Shown here piece by piece: positions 29,334-38,586 of a stretch of DNA of 64,000 bases. Under the pieces are notes generated by a model. The model did not search any database, was not told the DNA's origin, and saw only the letters and a program-made list of their open reading frames with translations. Made by a program: the position numbers and the translations under genes. Numbering within the stretch: the first letter of the stretch is position 1; each line of letters starts with the position of its first letter. The stretch lies in the IMG/VR virus record IMGVR_UViG_3300044630_006293, positions 124,001 to 188,000 of that record, one strand, 5' to 3'.

Positions 29334-30371
29334 TCAGAAAGGAAGTTCTTCGTCAGTGTCATCAACACTAACAGCGTTTGCAGCAACACCAACAGGAGTT
29401 GATTCTGCACGTGCTGAGTTCTTCCACAGATCGATAGCAATAGACTTGTTATCTACAACCATGGTAAAACGACCACAAGGTGCATTGACTGCAGCGTACT
29501 GATCTTTAGGAACCAGATTGCCACCTTCATCAACAGTGATGATTTGTTGAGCGCCAGCCCAGTTAGTTGTCCATTGACGACTCATGTTGCCAATAGCCTT
29601 GATGCGGTCTTCAGCTTTCTTGACTTTAACCTGTGACCAGCTTGTTTGTGCTGCGAGTTCAGCTTTAAGCAACGCTGCTTCTTTACGAAGACGAACGATA
29701 CGACTAAACTGATCAACGCTTGCATCAACGAGGTTCAAGAAGCCCTGACCAGTGCGAGACTGATTACGGTCAACAGTACCAAGTTCAAAGCTGGTAATAG
29801 GAATGCCTGCTTCGTGAGCATATGCTGCTACGATGTTTCCGCGATTCTGCATTGTACCAAGAACGTCAACGGCACCTGCAGCTTTAAAAGCATCAAATGC
29901 GTGTTGGATTCCTGATTCAGATGCACCAAATTGCTGGAACAACAAGGGCATACCCTCATTAAATTTCAAGCCAATGCGTGAAGCTGTATCGAGGAACGTT
30001 TGTTCGTCGAGTGGCTTAGCAGCAGAAGCATTTACAGTTGCGCGTAGCAATTCAGGTAAAGTCATTGTTTCACCATCAACAATAAGCTCAACTTCCATCT
30101 TTACAGGCTTGAAAATACCAGTAACGATTTTGTAAGTTTCACCAGTGTATGGGGACTTTTGCTGAATTACGCTCATGCGGGTGAGGCTTGCTTCATGAAG
30201 AGTTGCATATGCCGGCACTTCAATACCGTTAACGCTACCTTTGAATGCAATCCGACGACCTGCGTGGAGTGTAGTGGTACGACCAGTAGTCTCAAAGACT
30301 TCAGGTGTATCAGCTACGGATGAGAAAAGCTCGGCATCAAAACCAAACTTTGAAAGTATGTTATTGCTCAT
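29334..30371 (-). CDS. hypothetical protein with acidic C-terminal tail (..DEELPF)
   Basis: 345-aa ORF; tail resembles those of SSB-like proteins. Confidence 0.8.
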   Translation of the reverse strand: MSNNILSKFGFDAELFSSVADTPEVFETTGRTTTLHAGRRIAFKGSVNGIEVPAYATLHEASLTRMSVIQQKSPYTGETYKIVTGIFKPVKMEVELIVDGETMTLPELLRATVNASAAKPLDEQTFLDTASRIGLKFNEGMPLLFQQFGASESGIQHAFDAFKAAGAVDVLGTMQNRGNIVAAYAHEAGIPITSFELGTVDRNQSRTGQGFLNLVDASVDQFSRIVRLRKEAALLKAELAAQTSWSQVKVKKAEDRIKAIGNMSRQWTTNWAGAQQIITVDEGGNLVPKDQYAAVNAPCGRFTMVVDNKSIAIDLWKNSARAESTPVGVAANAVSVDDTDEELPF

Positions 30372-30400
30372 GATATAAATATTCCTTTTTGTTGTGTTTC

Positions 30401-30601
30401 TTACTGTTGTGTTTCTTCAGCATTGTGAATAGGGGGCTGATTCCCCTTTTCTTTGGTGGAACCGCTAGTTTCAGCGAATCCAGCTAAGAACTCATCTTTA
30501 AGACTCTTGCTCGTTGAAGCTGTCTTATTTGGAAGTGACTTTGCACCAGCGAATACTTTGCCAGTAATAGAGCCAATTTTCTTAGATGTAATATTCTTCA
30601 T
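30401..30601 (-). CDS. hypothetical protein
   Basis: 66 aa; AGGAGA SD. Confidence 0.6.
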   Translation of the reverse strand: MKNITSKKIGSITGKVFAGAKSLPNKTASTSKSLKDEFLAGFAETSGSTKEKGNQPPIHNAEETQQ

Positions 30602-30949
30602 GTGTTTCTCCTGTGTTAATTATCGTAAAAAGAACCGAATAGTGTATCGAGTAGGTCTAGTAGCCAGTCAAACATTTAACGTTTTCCTCCATTTTTAGGT
30701 CCCCTTTTCTTGAATGAACCTTGAATGTAGAGAACGCTTAGAAAAGATACTAGACCTACTACGATATATATACTTAATGTGATCATGCAGAGCGTTTAAT
30801 TTCGCCAGACAAGTCCTGATCATAAATACGAACAGGAGCAAGGTTGACGCGTTTACGCCATTTGATTGTTCCATTAGCTAGTGCGATGTTTAGAATGACT
30901 GATTGTACAAAAAGTAAACTAAACATTCCGCTGAAGTACCAATACCACA

Positions 30950-31249
30950 TTAGACTGATTCCATTTCTGCTATTTTAATGCTATTGTTGTACCATTCGAC
31001 TAGTGTGTTACCTATTTTTCCGTAGCGGGTAATGTTTTCGTTGTAGCCGGCGTAATCAATAAAGTATTGAGTACCATCCATAAGCTCAATTTTAACTTCA
31101 CCATGAGTAGTATGATCAATAATCATAAGAGCGTTTAGATTCATGTCTAGGCGAATGTAAGCTTGACCACCGTTGTAGTGATAAAGTCTATATTCTGCTG
31201 CAGCAAGGTCAATAAGTTCCAATGATTGTAGAAATGTAATCTTATTCAT
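30950..31249 (-). CDS. hypothetical protein
   Basis: 99 aa; GGAGG SD. Confidence 0.65.
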   Translation of the reverse strand: MNKITFLQSLELIDLAAAEYRLYHYNGGQAYIRLDMNLNALMIIDHTTHGEVKIELMDGTQYFIDYAGYNENITRYGKIGNTLVEWYNNSIKIAEMESV

Positions 31250-31556
31250 TATATTCCTCCTGATAGTTAGTTTATTTTTTTGTTACGAAGCCGGCGATGT
31301 ATGCACCGAAGATGCGTACGCGTTGGCTAATTGCAATAATAGTATTTTTAATGAAAAACATGATTATTTATGCTTTCTTGAGACGAGTTTGTTGCCGGCA
31401 AAGTAACCGATAACGAAACATATTGTTGTTATAAGGATTGATATATTCTTCTTTAAGTTATTCATTTTGCCTTTCTTGGTTTAGAATAAAAATAAAAGTG
31501 AGTGGCTAGTAAGACACTAACCACCCACTGATATTTGTGGAGGTGCTCGCAAAATG

Positions 31557-31787
31557 CTAGTTGCCAAACATTTTATCCCAACATTTAGGATGTATGCCTG
31601 TCATAAAGATTTCACGTTCATCTGGACCTAGGAATGGGAAAGCGTCTTGAATAAGAAGAGTTCCAGAATTCCAAGATTCATACTTAGATTTATCCACAAT
31701 AATTTTATTATCTTCCTTACATACATAGCATGCAGGTGATGTAACAATAATTGTATCTGTTGAGTTATTTGAGTAGTTATATTCCAT
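31557..31787 (-). CDS. conserved phage Zn-binding small protein
   Basis: CxxC...IQDAFP.L...EREI.MTG....CW. Confidence 0.7.
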   Translation of the reverse strand: MEYNYSNNSTDTIIVTSPACYVCKEDNKIIVDKSKYESWNSGTLLIQDAFPFLGPDEREIFMTGIHPKCWDKMFGN

Positions 31788-32373
31788 GTTAGTCTCCCTT
31801 TTCTTGGGTAGTTTGGTTTATGTACTTTGGGTCCTATAGTTTTTAAAACATTTTTTTAGAATATTTAGCTCCGCGTGTCTTGAAGTTCACCGAGAACTTA
31901 AGCATACTGCGAAGCATTTGATTATGAAGTGGCTCCGGAGGAGTCGCTGATTAATCAAAACAAAAAATAGGTATTAGTACTCCCGCAGACCAGAGTTGCA
32001 AGTCCGCGAGAGTACTAATTGGGGGATACCTATTTGGTTACGAATTTCCATTTAATGGAATCTAAGATAACCATGTTATTAATAACACGAGCAAAGAAAG
32101 GATCAGCTTTCCGCGCGTTGATTAGAGCAATCTGTAGAGTCTGTGACGATTCTTCAGACATTAGCTCACGGATAGGATATGTATTCACGTTGCACCTCCT
32201 AGTGCTACTATGGGAAAGTCGCAAAGGACAATCCCCTTTTCTTGGGTAGAGGGGGGTTGAGCAGTTTTGCGCAGAGCATACTCAGGCTCCGTCTGTGCAT
32301 TTTACCAAGGACTACAGATATCCTTGAACCCCGTCGGGTAAGCAGTTTAAAGACATACTCAGGTCTTCACGAG

Positions 32374-32805
32374 TCACCAAGGTTCGTCGTTATCATCCAC
32401 AACTGGAGACTGGAATTCAAGTTCTGTTACCAAACCCTTAAGGTCGGTAAAGAACTCGTCTTCTTCTTCAGTTGTAGCAACGACTACTTGCTTGTCAGTG
32501 ACACGCATAGCAGCCTTGAGTGCAGCAAAGTCCGCGAATTTGATATTCATGGAACCGTTGCTGGTTGCTTGGATGGCGGTCAAATCAATGACCAACGTGG
32601 CTACCTTTTTGCCGAAGATTTCCCGCAAGAAATTAGCCATGTTAACTTGAGCCGACTTAGTAGGTAGATTAACCCACACAGTAGACTCAGGAAACAGTGG
32701 GCTAGTTTTGCCAGAAATAGGCTTGAGCCACAAGGAAGACTTGTTCACGTCCGGAGAAGTGTTCAAGTAGACCTCAGTTTGCATTGCGTTGAGTGTATCA
32801 CTCAT
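32374..32805 (-). CDS. hypothetical protein with acidic C-terminal tail (..NDEPW)
   Basis: 143 aa; GGAGG SD. Confidence 0.7.
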   Translation of the reverse strand: MSDTLNAMQTEVYLNTSPDVNKSSLWLKPISGKTSPLFPESTVWVNLPTKSAQVNMANFLREIFGKKVATLVIDLTAIQATSNGSMNIKFADFAALKAAMRVTDKQVVVATTEEEDEFFTDLKGLVTELEFQSPVVDDNDEPW

Positions 32806-32907
32806 TTTGGCACCTCCAAGTGCTTGATGTTGTGGGTATCGGTTGATATCCCTTTTCTTGGATAGACCACGCCGAAGCGCAACTACCCGAGATTTTGCTG
32901 TGAGTCT

Positions 32908-33061
32908 TGCGTGGACTTTCCGCGCAGTGACTTTAGAATATACGCTTAGCGAGCCCCCACAGGGCGAGCGTAGCGTTGGCAGATAAGTGTTGCGTGGGGT
33001 TTCCGCGCAGTGACTTTAGAATGTAGGCGTAGCGAGTCCTCACGGGACGAGCGTAGCGTTG
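32908..33061. repeat. two 71-bp direct repeats (period 83) containing a hairpin with compensatory changes
   Basis: 32908-32978 and 32991-33061; gccc/gggc versus gtcc/ggac. Confidence 0.85.
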
Positions 33062-33173
33062 ATAGGGGAGTGTGAACCACGAAGGTAGCCCGGAGTTGTT
33101 CCGGAGACTCGAGGTAGGCCCTTTCTGGGGACTGATTGAGTCCTCCCCTAGGGTTTTAGAATAACTCTAACTA

Positions 33174-35954
33174 CTACTTGTCCCTGTTACGGAACCAGAG
33201 CATTGCCTCATAGAAGTACTCAAGGACCATATGGTCAGAGTTCTTGGGAGAGGTGAAGAGCCAACGATCAAAGTTATTCCGGTCGTCGTGCTTGAGCTTG
33301 ACTGACTCAGACTTCCTGATGTAGGACATGCGAGTCATGCTCAGGATGAACTTGTGGAACTTGACATCGTCGTTGAGCCTTTCCTTGTAGGAGGCAAAAC
33401 GATCAGCTATGGCAATTGCTACATTGTCATAGTGCTCAGAGATTGCAGCTTTGTCGTTCTTGATGTTTGCAGGAACGGTGAACTGGTTCTTGAGCTCCGT
33501 AACGAGTTTGCGGAAACGATCCTCATTCTGGCCATGGATGGTGATGTTCAACTCAGGGATCTCCTTGATGTTGACGTTCAGCCAGCTAATCATCTTGTTG
33601 TGAGTCTCACGCACCATCATTTCACGAGGGATCATGAAGTCACGAACAATCGGAGACTGCTCAGGAGAAAGATTGCCAAGCCAGCTATTGATGGCCCTGC
33701 TCTGCTTGAGGCGAATACATGCAGCATTCATGTTGCGACTGTACCACCAGTAGGCATCGATCTTCTTCTCAGTTACGAGAGTTGCAAGAGTATTGTCAGA
33801 CCACTTGACCAAAGTACTGAGGTCGTTCTTGTCACCCTTGCACTGTTGCAGAGCGTCAATCATATCCTCGTTTGCACATGGCAGAGTGTTGAATGGGGAA
33901 TCGTAGGTGCTATACCAAAGCATCTTGGTCTTAACTTGACCACCAACTCCTGCTCCCTTATAGAGAGAGGTGTTATAGTTGTAGCGAGTAAGTTCCCAGT
34001 TCCAAACAGGGTGCTGAGGACGGTCAGATCCACGAACCTTGGATGGAAGCTTGCCATTGCGAGCAGTGCTGTTGAACTTGTCAAAGTCCTTCTCGTAGAT
34101 GGTAGGAAGGTTGATTCCGTCATCCTTACCAAGGAAAACAGGTCCAAACCCGTCTACATCCATGATATGAAACTCACTCCAGTCATTTGGGGTGCGAACA
34201 ATGAATGCCACAAGGCGAGTATTGTTATCCTTAGTCACCATTAGGCGAATATGAACTCCAATCTCATCATCAAGGTCTGCACCACCAAGTTTGCCAAGGA
34301 TCTCAGCAGCTTGATTACCAGGGATCATGAATGTCTGAGTTTCCTCATGGTACATGCCCTCGTCGCTTGTAAGGTCTACATCATAGCCAGCAAGGTAAAC
34401 AACCTCTTTGGTCATGACATAAGCACGATAAGCCCATGGCATGAAGACGAATGACTTCTTTGACTTGGACGGAGCTTTCCAACAGGTGCCTACTTTACGA
34501 AGGCTGCCAGTGTTGTCATACTCATCCAGGAACATCTTCTTGAGTCCATTTGCTCGCATGAACATCATAGTCTGGCTGATACCAATACCAAGGTCAAGAT
34601 CATTAAGCATTGCTGCCATCTTGTTTGTCTTGGACGTGAACTGGCCATCATTGATGTGAGAGATCTTCTCAGCCTCAGTGGTTGCACGTTCTGGCATGAT
34701 GTTATTGAGCATCTCGATATCCTTGCCCTCTACCATGTCGTCGAAAGCTTTATCCAGCACAACCTGGAAGGTATCAAGCATCTCGCCAAACTCAAATACA
34801 CCAGGAATTCCCTGATATTGAGCAAGCATCTGATCATTAGTCTTGACTATGCCAGGACCATGGTGTGGTTCCAGTGTAATCATTTCCCAAGTACCATCAG
34901 TGCCAAACTCCTTCTTGAAGTTATCCACAGATGTAAAGATGTCATATGTCTCACCTTTACCAATGATACCAAGCTTACGAAAGCGAGCATTGATCTTATC
35001 ACGTTGTCCAGTGATGAGGTTACCCTTGATCAAGCCAGCTACACCATTCACGTTTGTAACAATACGAACGGTATGGTTGGTGATCTTATTATCATTTATC
35101 TGACGCACAATGTGACCATGGCCACTATTGCGATAGACATACCGTACTGTTTCTACGGCACCGATAGAGATACCATCCATAGTCTTCTCAGCAGCAAGGT
35201 CATCAACCAGGTGAGGAAGAGCTTTGCGGATCTCCTGATAGGACAAGACCTTGATACGGAGCTTCTTGCTGTCACCTTTGTGAACTGCATATCCACTAAC
35301 GGACTTGACTAGTTCCACAAGACGCTTTACCATCTTATCGGAGTTGCCAATAACAAAGCCATACTTAGCCATGTTGACATAGTCTTTGCTGTTGTAGCCC
35401 TTGATACGGATGGTGGTTTCTGCATCGAAGTCAGCATAACCAAAGATGATATCCTTAGGCTTGCTGATAAGAGATGAATCAACCTTCTGATGGTCACCAG
35501 TGAATGGGTTCTTGAAAGCTGTGATGGTTACACAAAAGCTCTCATGAGAAAACCGATCCTCAAGCATGGCAAACTTGTAGTTACCACGGTTGATTTCGTG
35601 AACGATGACAACACCTATCTTGGTGAGCCAATAATCAGGATCGTTAGTAATAACACGGCTGATTACTGTGTCGTTAATTGTGGTAGTTTCAATCAAGTAT
35701 TCCTTGATCATAGCACCTCCTTGGGTAGTGGTCTTTACCATGTTTGGCTCCTTTTTGTTGTCCTGAATATTTACATCAGGGTTAAGGTGGTTAGTGGTCC
35801 GGTCAAAAGGCTGAGTGACCTCTTGCTTGGGAGCACCTTTGATTGTGCCGGACTTCTGGTCCAAGAGAAGCTGGGAAGCAACTGCATAGCTGCTATCAGC
35901 CTCAACGGGGATCCATATATCGGATCCGGTATACTTGACGAGATATGTCTTCAT
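33174..35954 (-). CDS. two-barrel (YonO/cellular RdRP-like) RNA polymerase-related protein, paralog 2
   Basis: R...GLIKGNL, SVDNFKKE, GGADLDD, RTPN, GVGGQV, EDMID match 20449..22980. Confidence 0.55.
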   Translation of the reverse strand: MKTYLVKYTGSDIWIPVEADSSYAVASQLLLDQKSGTIKGAPKQEVTQPFDRTTNHLNPDVNIQDNKKEPNMVKTTTQGGAMIKEYLIETTTINDTVISRVITNDPDYWLTKIGVVIVHEINRGNYKFAMLEDRFSHESFCVTITAFKNPFTGDHQKVDSSLISKPKDIIFGYADFDAETTIRIKGYNSKDYVNMAKYGFVIGNSDKMVKRLVELVKSVSGYAVHKGDSKKLRIKVLSYQEIRKALPHLVDDLAAEKTMDGISIGAVETVRYVYRNSGHGHIVRQINDNKITNHTVRIVTNVNGVAGLIKGNLITGQRDKINARFRKLGIIGKGETYDIFTSVDNFKKEFGTDGTWEMITLEPHHGPGIVKTNDQMLAQYQGIPGVFEFGEMLDTFQVVLDKAFDDMVEGKDIEMLNNIMPERATTEAEKISHINDGQFTSKTNKMAAMLNDLDLGIGISQTMMFMRANGLKKMFLDEYDNTGSLRKVGTCWKAPSKSKKSFVFMPWAYRAYVMTKEVVYLAGYDVDLTSDEGMYHEETQTFMIPGNQAAEILGKLGGADLDDEIGVHIRLMVTKDNNTRLVAFIVRTPNDWSEFHIMDVDGFGPVFLGKDDGINLPTIYEKDFDKFNSTARNGKLPSKVRGSDRPQHPVWNWELTRYNYNTSLYKGAGVGGQVKTKMLWYSTYDSPFNTLPCANEDMIDALQQCKGDKNDLSTLVKWSDNTLATLVTEKKIDAYWWYSRNMNAACIRLKQSRAINSWLGNLSPEQSPIVRDFMIPREMMVRETHNKMISWLNVNIKEIPELNITIHGQNEDRFRKLVTELKNQFTVPANIKNDKAAISEHYDNVAIAIADRFASYKERLNDDVKFHKFILSMTRMSYIRKSESVKLKHDDRNNFDRWLFTSPKNSDHMVLEYFYEAMLWFRNRDK

Positions 35955-35959
35955 GACAT

Positions 35960-36380
35960 TCTCCTTTCCCTCAGCTTTATACTGAGAAGATAACAGGAAC
36001 CGCCTGTTGACGGGGATTCAGGGATCTCTACCCTATCCGTAAAAAAAGAGCTCCCCCAGAGCCGAAGCCCTGAGGGAGACACGTTTCTTATATACTTCTG
36101 AGGATAGTTAGTCCTCGTCAGCAGGGTCACAGATGCAGCCTTCAAAGCCACAATCCTGACACCTGCCAGTGTAGTATTCTTCGCTAGACACACAATCAAT
36201 ATCACATTGATCGATGGTGTGCAAGCAGTCTGGACAGTACCTCATGGCACTCTCCTTTCCCCCAGCTTGATACTGAGAAAGTAACAGGAACCGCCTGTTG
36301 ACGGGGATAAGAGATCGGTCTCCTATCCATAAAAAAAAAGTTCCCCCAGAGCCGAAGCCCCAGGGGAACAATTTTCTTAT
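35960..36380 (-). repeat. duplicated ~130-bp cassette: UUCG-capped terminator, hairpins, SD
   Basis: Copies at ~35960-36090 and ~36251-36380 share ctcctttccc..cagc..atactgagaa..taacaggaaccgcctgttgacgggga and ccccagagccgaagccc. Confidence 0.85.
36108..36245 (-). CDS. small Cys-rich protein (start MRYC)
   Basis: CPDC...CDIDC...CQDC...CIC; AAAGGAGA SD from the cassette. Confidence 0.65.
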   Translation of the reverse strand: MRYCPDCLHTIDQCDIDCVSSEEYYTGRCQDCGFEGCICDPADED

Positions 36381-36409
36381 TTTTAATTAACCTTATTTAC
36401 TAATAGGTA

Positions 36410-36685
36410 TTAGTAGCAACGTTGACACAAAAGCATGTCAGCATTTGCTACAGTACTAGGGTCGTACAATCCACTACACATGGAGCAACGCTCTGCTGTG
36501 ATGGTGGGCTGTGACTTAGCTACCTTTGTAAGCCTTTTCTTTACCGATGCTTTCGGAAAGATCCGGACATAACATGCGTCACAGTAGGACCACATCCTGC
36601 TGCGATGACCCTCTGGATACTTTGGCAGTAGTGGATTACCACACCTGCATCCAGGGTTAGTGCATGTATAGGAGTAAAGCTTCAT
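36410..36685 (-). CDS. Cys-rich zinc-finger protein
   Basis: Several CxxC motifs; AAAGGA SD. Confidence 0.65.
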   Translation of the reverse strand: MKLYSYTCTNPGCRCGNPLLPKYPEGHRSRMWSYCDACYVRIFPKASVKKRLTKVAKSQPTITAERCSMCSGLYDPSTVANADMLLCQRCY

Positions 36686-36697
36686 GCTTATTCCTTT

Positions 36698-36934
36698 CTA
36701 TTGGTTACCAGGAAGCTGGATTAGCTGACCTGGGGTGATGTCACTACCGTACTGCAGGACAAGCTGATCGATAGCTACTTCGATGTTGCTTGTGCAGTGT
36801 AGCTGTGCAATAGCTACGATGGTATCCCCACTACGAACAGTGTGGATTGAACCGTCGCAAACTGCAACCTTGCTTGAACAACCCATTACAGTGACTGTAA
36901 GGACTGAGATGAGTATGACAATAGCTTTACGCAT
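36698..36934 (-). CDS. LysM-domain (lipo)protein
   Basis: Signal peptide with MGC lipobox-like Cys; HTVRSGDTIVAIA...ITPGQLIQLP. Confidence 0.85.
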   Translation of the reverse strand: MRKAIVILISVLTVTVMGCSSKVAVCDGSIHTVRSGDTIVAIAQLHCTSNIEVAIDQLVLQYGSDITPGQLIQLPGNQ

Positions 36935-37184
36935 TGTTCTCCTTTGTTAGTGATGGTAAGACCCCATACCCGGGTGGGCATGTTAAAAGGTCAAAGGACA
37001 CGTATGTATCCACTATTACCACCCTAAAATTTTTCCCTTATTTTTACCCTAGTATGACTTTATATACATTTATATATGTTTCTCAAAAAAGTTTTCCCTA
37101 CAGGTTGCAATCTATACTCACACCTGATAGGTTCTGGGTATTCGGGAAGGCCCCGGGAAATAAAAAACCATAAAGGATAAATCA

Positions 37185-37382
37185 ATGAACTTCATGAACT
37201 GCGATAAGTGTGTATCAGAATTCATCATTAAAGATGCTATGTCTAGCTCTGTACGTTGTCCTGATTGCTCTATGTGGGTAGATACAGAGCCGGCAGAGAA
37301 TTATTCTTCTAGACACTATGGAAAAGGATATGTAGACGAGTATGTGGATTTTGACATGGATAATTATGGGTATGCAAACTGA
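37185..37382 (+). CDS. small zinc-ribbon protein
   Basis: CDKC...CPDC; AAAGGA SD. Confidence 0.65.
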   Translation: MNFMNCDKCVSEFIIKDAMSSSVRCPDCSMWVDTEPAENYSSRHYGKGYVDEYVDFDMDNYGYAN

Positions 37383-37396
37383 AGGGCACACAGACA

Positions 37397-37933
37397 ATGC
37401 TTAATAAAACAAATAGAAAACTTATAGTAGCATCAGAGAAGTTGTTCTCATCAAACAGTCTTTTACAAGAGTTCATGAAAGATCATGATATTCTAACTTT
37501 TAATTACGATACTTCTATAGACCTAGAGGAAAACTCTAGAGAAGTCTGGAAGAAGTTCAAAATGATCCAGGACTACTCCTATGAAAAAGTTGTTTTAATG
37601 GCTCATGGAGTTGACTGTAATATTATTTATCCCTTGTATCGAAACAAGAAGCTCGACTTTGATGCGGCGGTTTTTGTAGATTATAAGAATCCAGACACAT
37701 TACTTATTCCTCCTTCTTATGAGCAAGCTTTGAAAAAGTCTAAAGTAAAGATTTATTCTTTTTCTACAAGAAATAAAAAAGAAACACCATGTGCAGTTAT
37801 ACAAAGCCACCAATCGTTACCATGGTACTACACCATTAGGTCACGCAGACTAGCACAGGAAATATATGGATGTGTTGTGTATGACACGTACCAAGAGAAC
37901 TACTTGAGTGGAGCTAACTCAAAGTTAATCTAA
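37397..37933 (+). CDS. hypothetical protein (weak alpha/beta-hydrolase-like pattern)
   Basis: VVLMAHG segment; 178 aa. Confidence 0.6.
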   Translation: MLNKTNRKLIVASEKLFSSNSLLQEFMKDHDILTFNYDTSIDLEENSREVWKKFKMIQDYSYEKVVLMAHGVDCNIIYPLYRNKKLDFDAAVFVDYKNPDTLLIPPSYEQALKKSKVKIYSFSTRNKKETPCAVIQSHQSLPWYYTIRSRRLAQEIYGCVVYDTYQENYLSGANSKLI

Positions 37934-37937
37934 GTAA

Positions 37938-38219
37938 CTAGCCTCGGTTCGGACCAATGTAAAGCTGATGAGCTTCTTCCGGACCGAGGTCTTTTACTAT
38001 TTCTTCTACATCTTTTTTAATAATACGAGACATTTCCAAAATGAGTTCCCATTGTTCCATGGGAAATACTGAAAAGACTATTTCACCTCGATCAGAGATG
38101 TGACCTGTGATCATCTTGTCTTCGTCTTCTTCGAGACCTTCTGGCAGTAAGAAGTCCATGAATTCTTGTCGAGATGTTTCGCTTTCAAAAAAGCTCATAA
38201 ATCTATTGAAAAAATCCAT
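37938..38219 (-). CDS. hypothetical protein
   Basis: 93-aa ORF. Confidence 0.6.
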   Translation of the reverse strand: MDFFNRFMSFFESETSRQEFMDFLLPEGLEEDEDKMITGHISDRGEIVFSVFPMEQWELILEMSRIIKKDVEEIVKDLGPEEAHQLYIGPNRG

Positions 38220-38424
38220 ATATACTAGAATCTCCTATACATATAAACTTATAGTAACGCCAGTAATTTGAAAAAAATCCAAAAAAATTTGTCGGCGGAA
38301 AGTTGGTTACTTTTCGAGCTTCTTAAACAAGTCGTAGTAATCTACGTAAGAACCTATCTGACTGACCTGAAGCTTTGTTGAGCTGTTATCTTTCTTTGGA
38401 TCCTGTCTTACGACCTTAAAGCAT

Positions 38425-38586
38425 TTAATTTTCTTCTTCATCAATCTCCACCCAAAAATCGTCACAGTCTCTACACCTTACACTATATCTTTGTTTATTG
38501 TCTTCATAATCTTCTTTTGGAAGAGCCGTAAGAATAAACTTAGGGGGATAATTACAATCAGGACACAGTGTCGGGTTGAAACCCAT
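38425..38586 (-). CDS. small zinc-ribbon protein
   Basis: CPDC...CRDC. Confidence 0.6.
   Translation of the reverse strand: MGFNPTLCPDCNYPPKFILTALPKEDYEDNKQRYSVRCRDCDDFWVEIDEEEN

Noticed and set aside
33354-35993. Long plus-strand ORFs antisense to the 926-aa gene
   Set aside because: Shadow ORFs expected from C/G-ending codon bias; no motifs or SD support.
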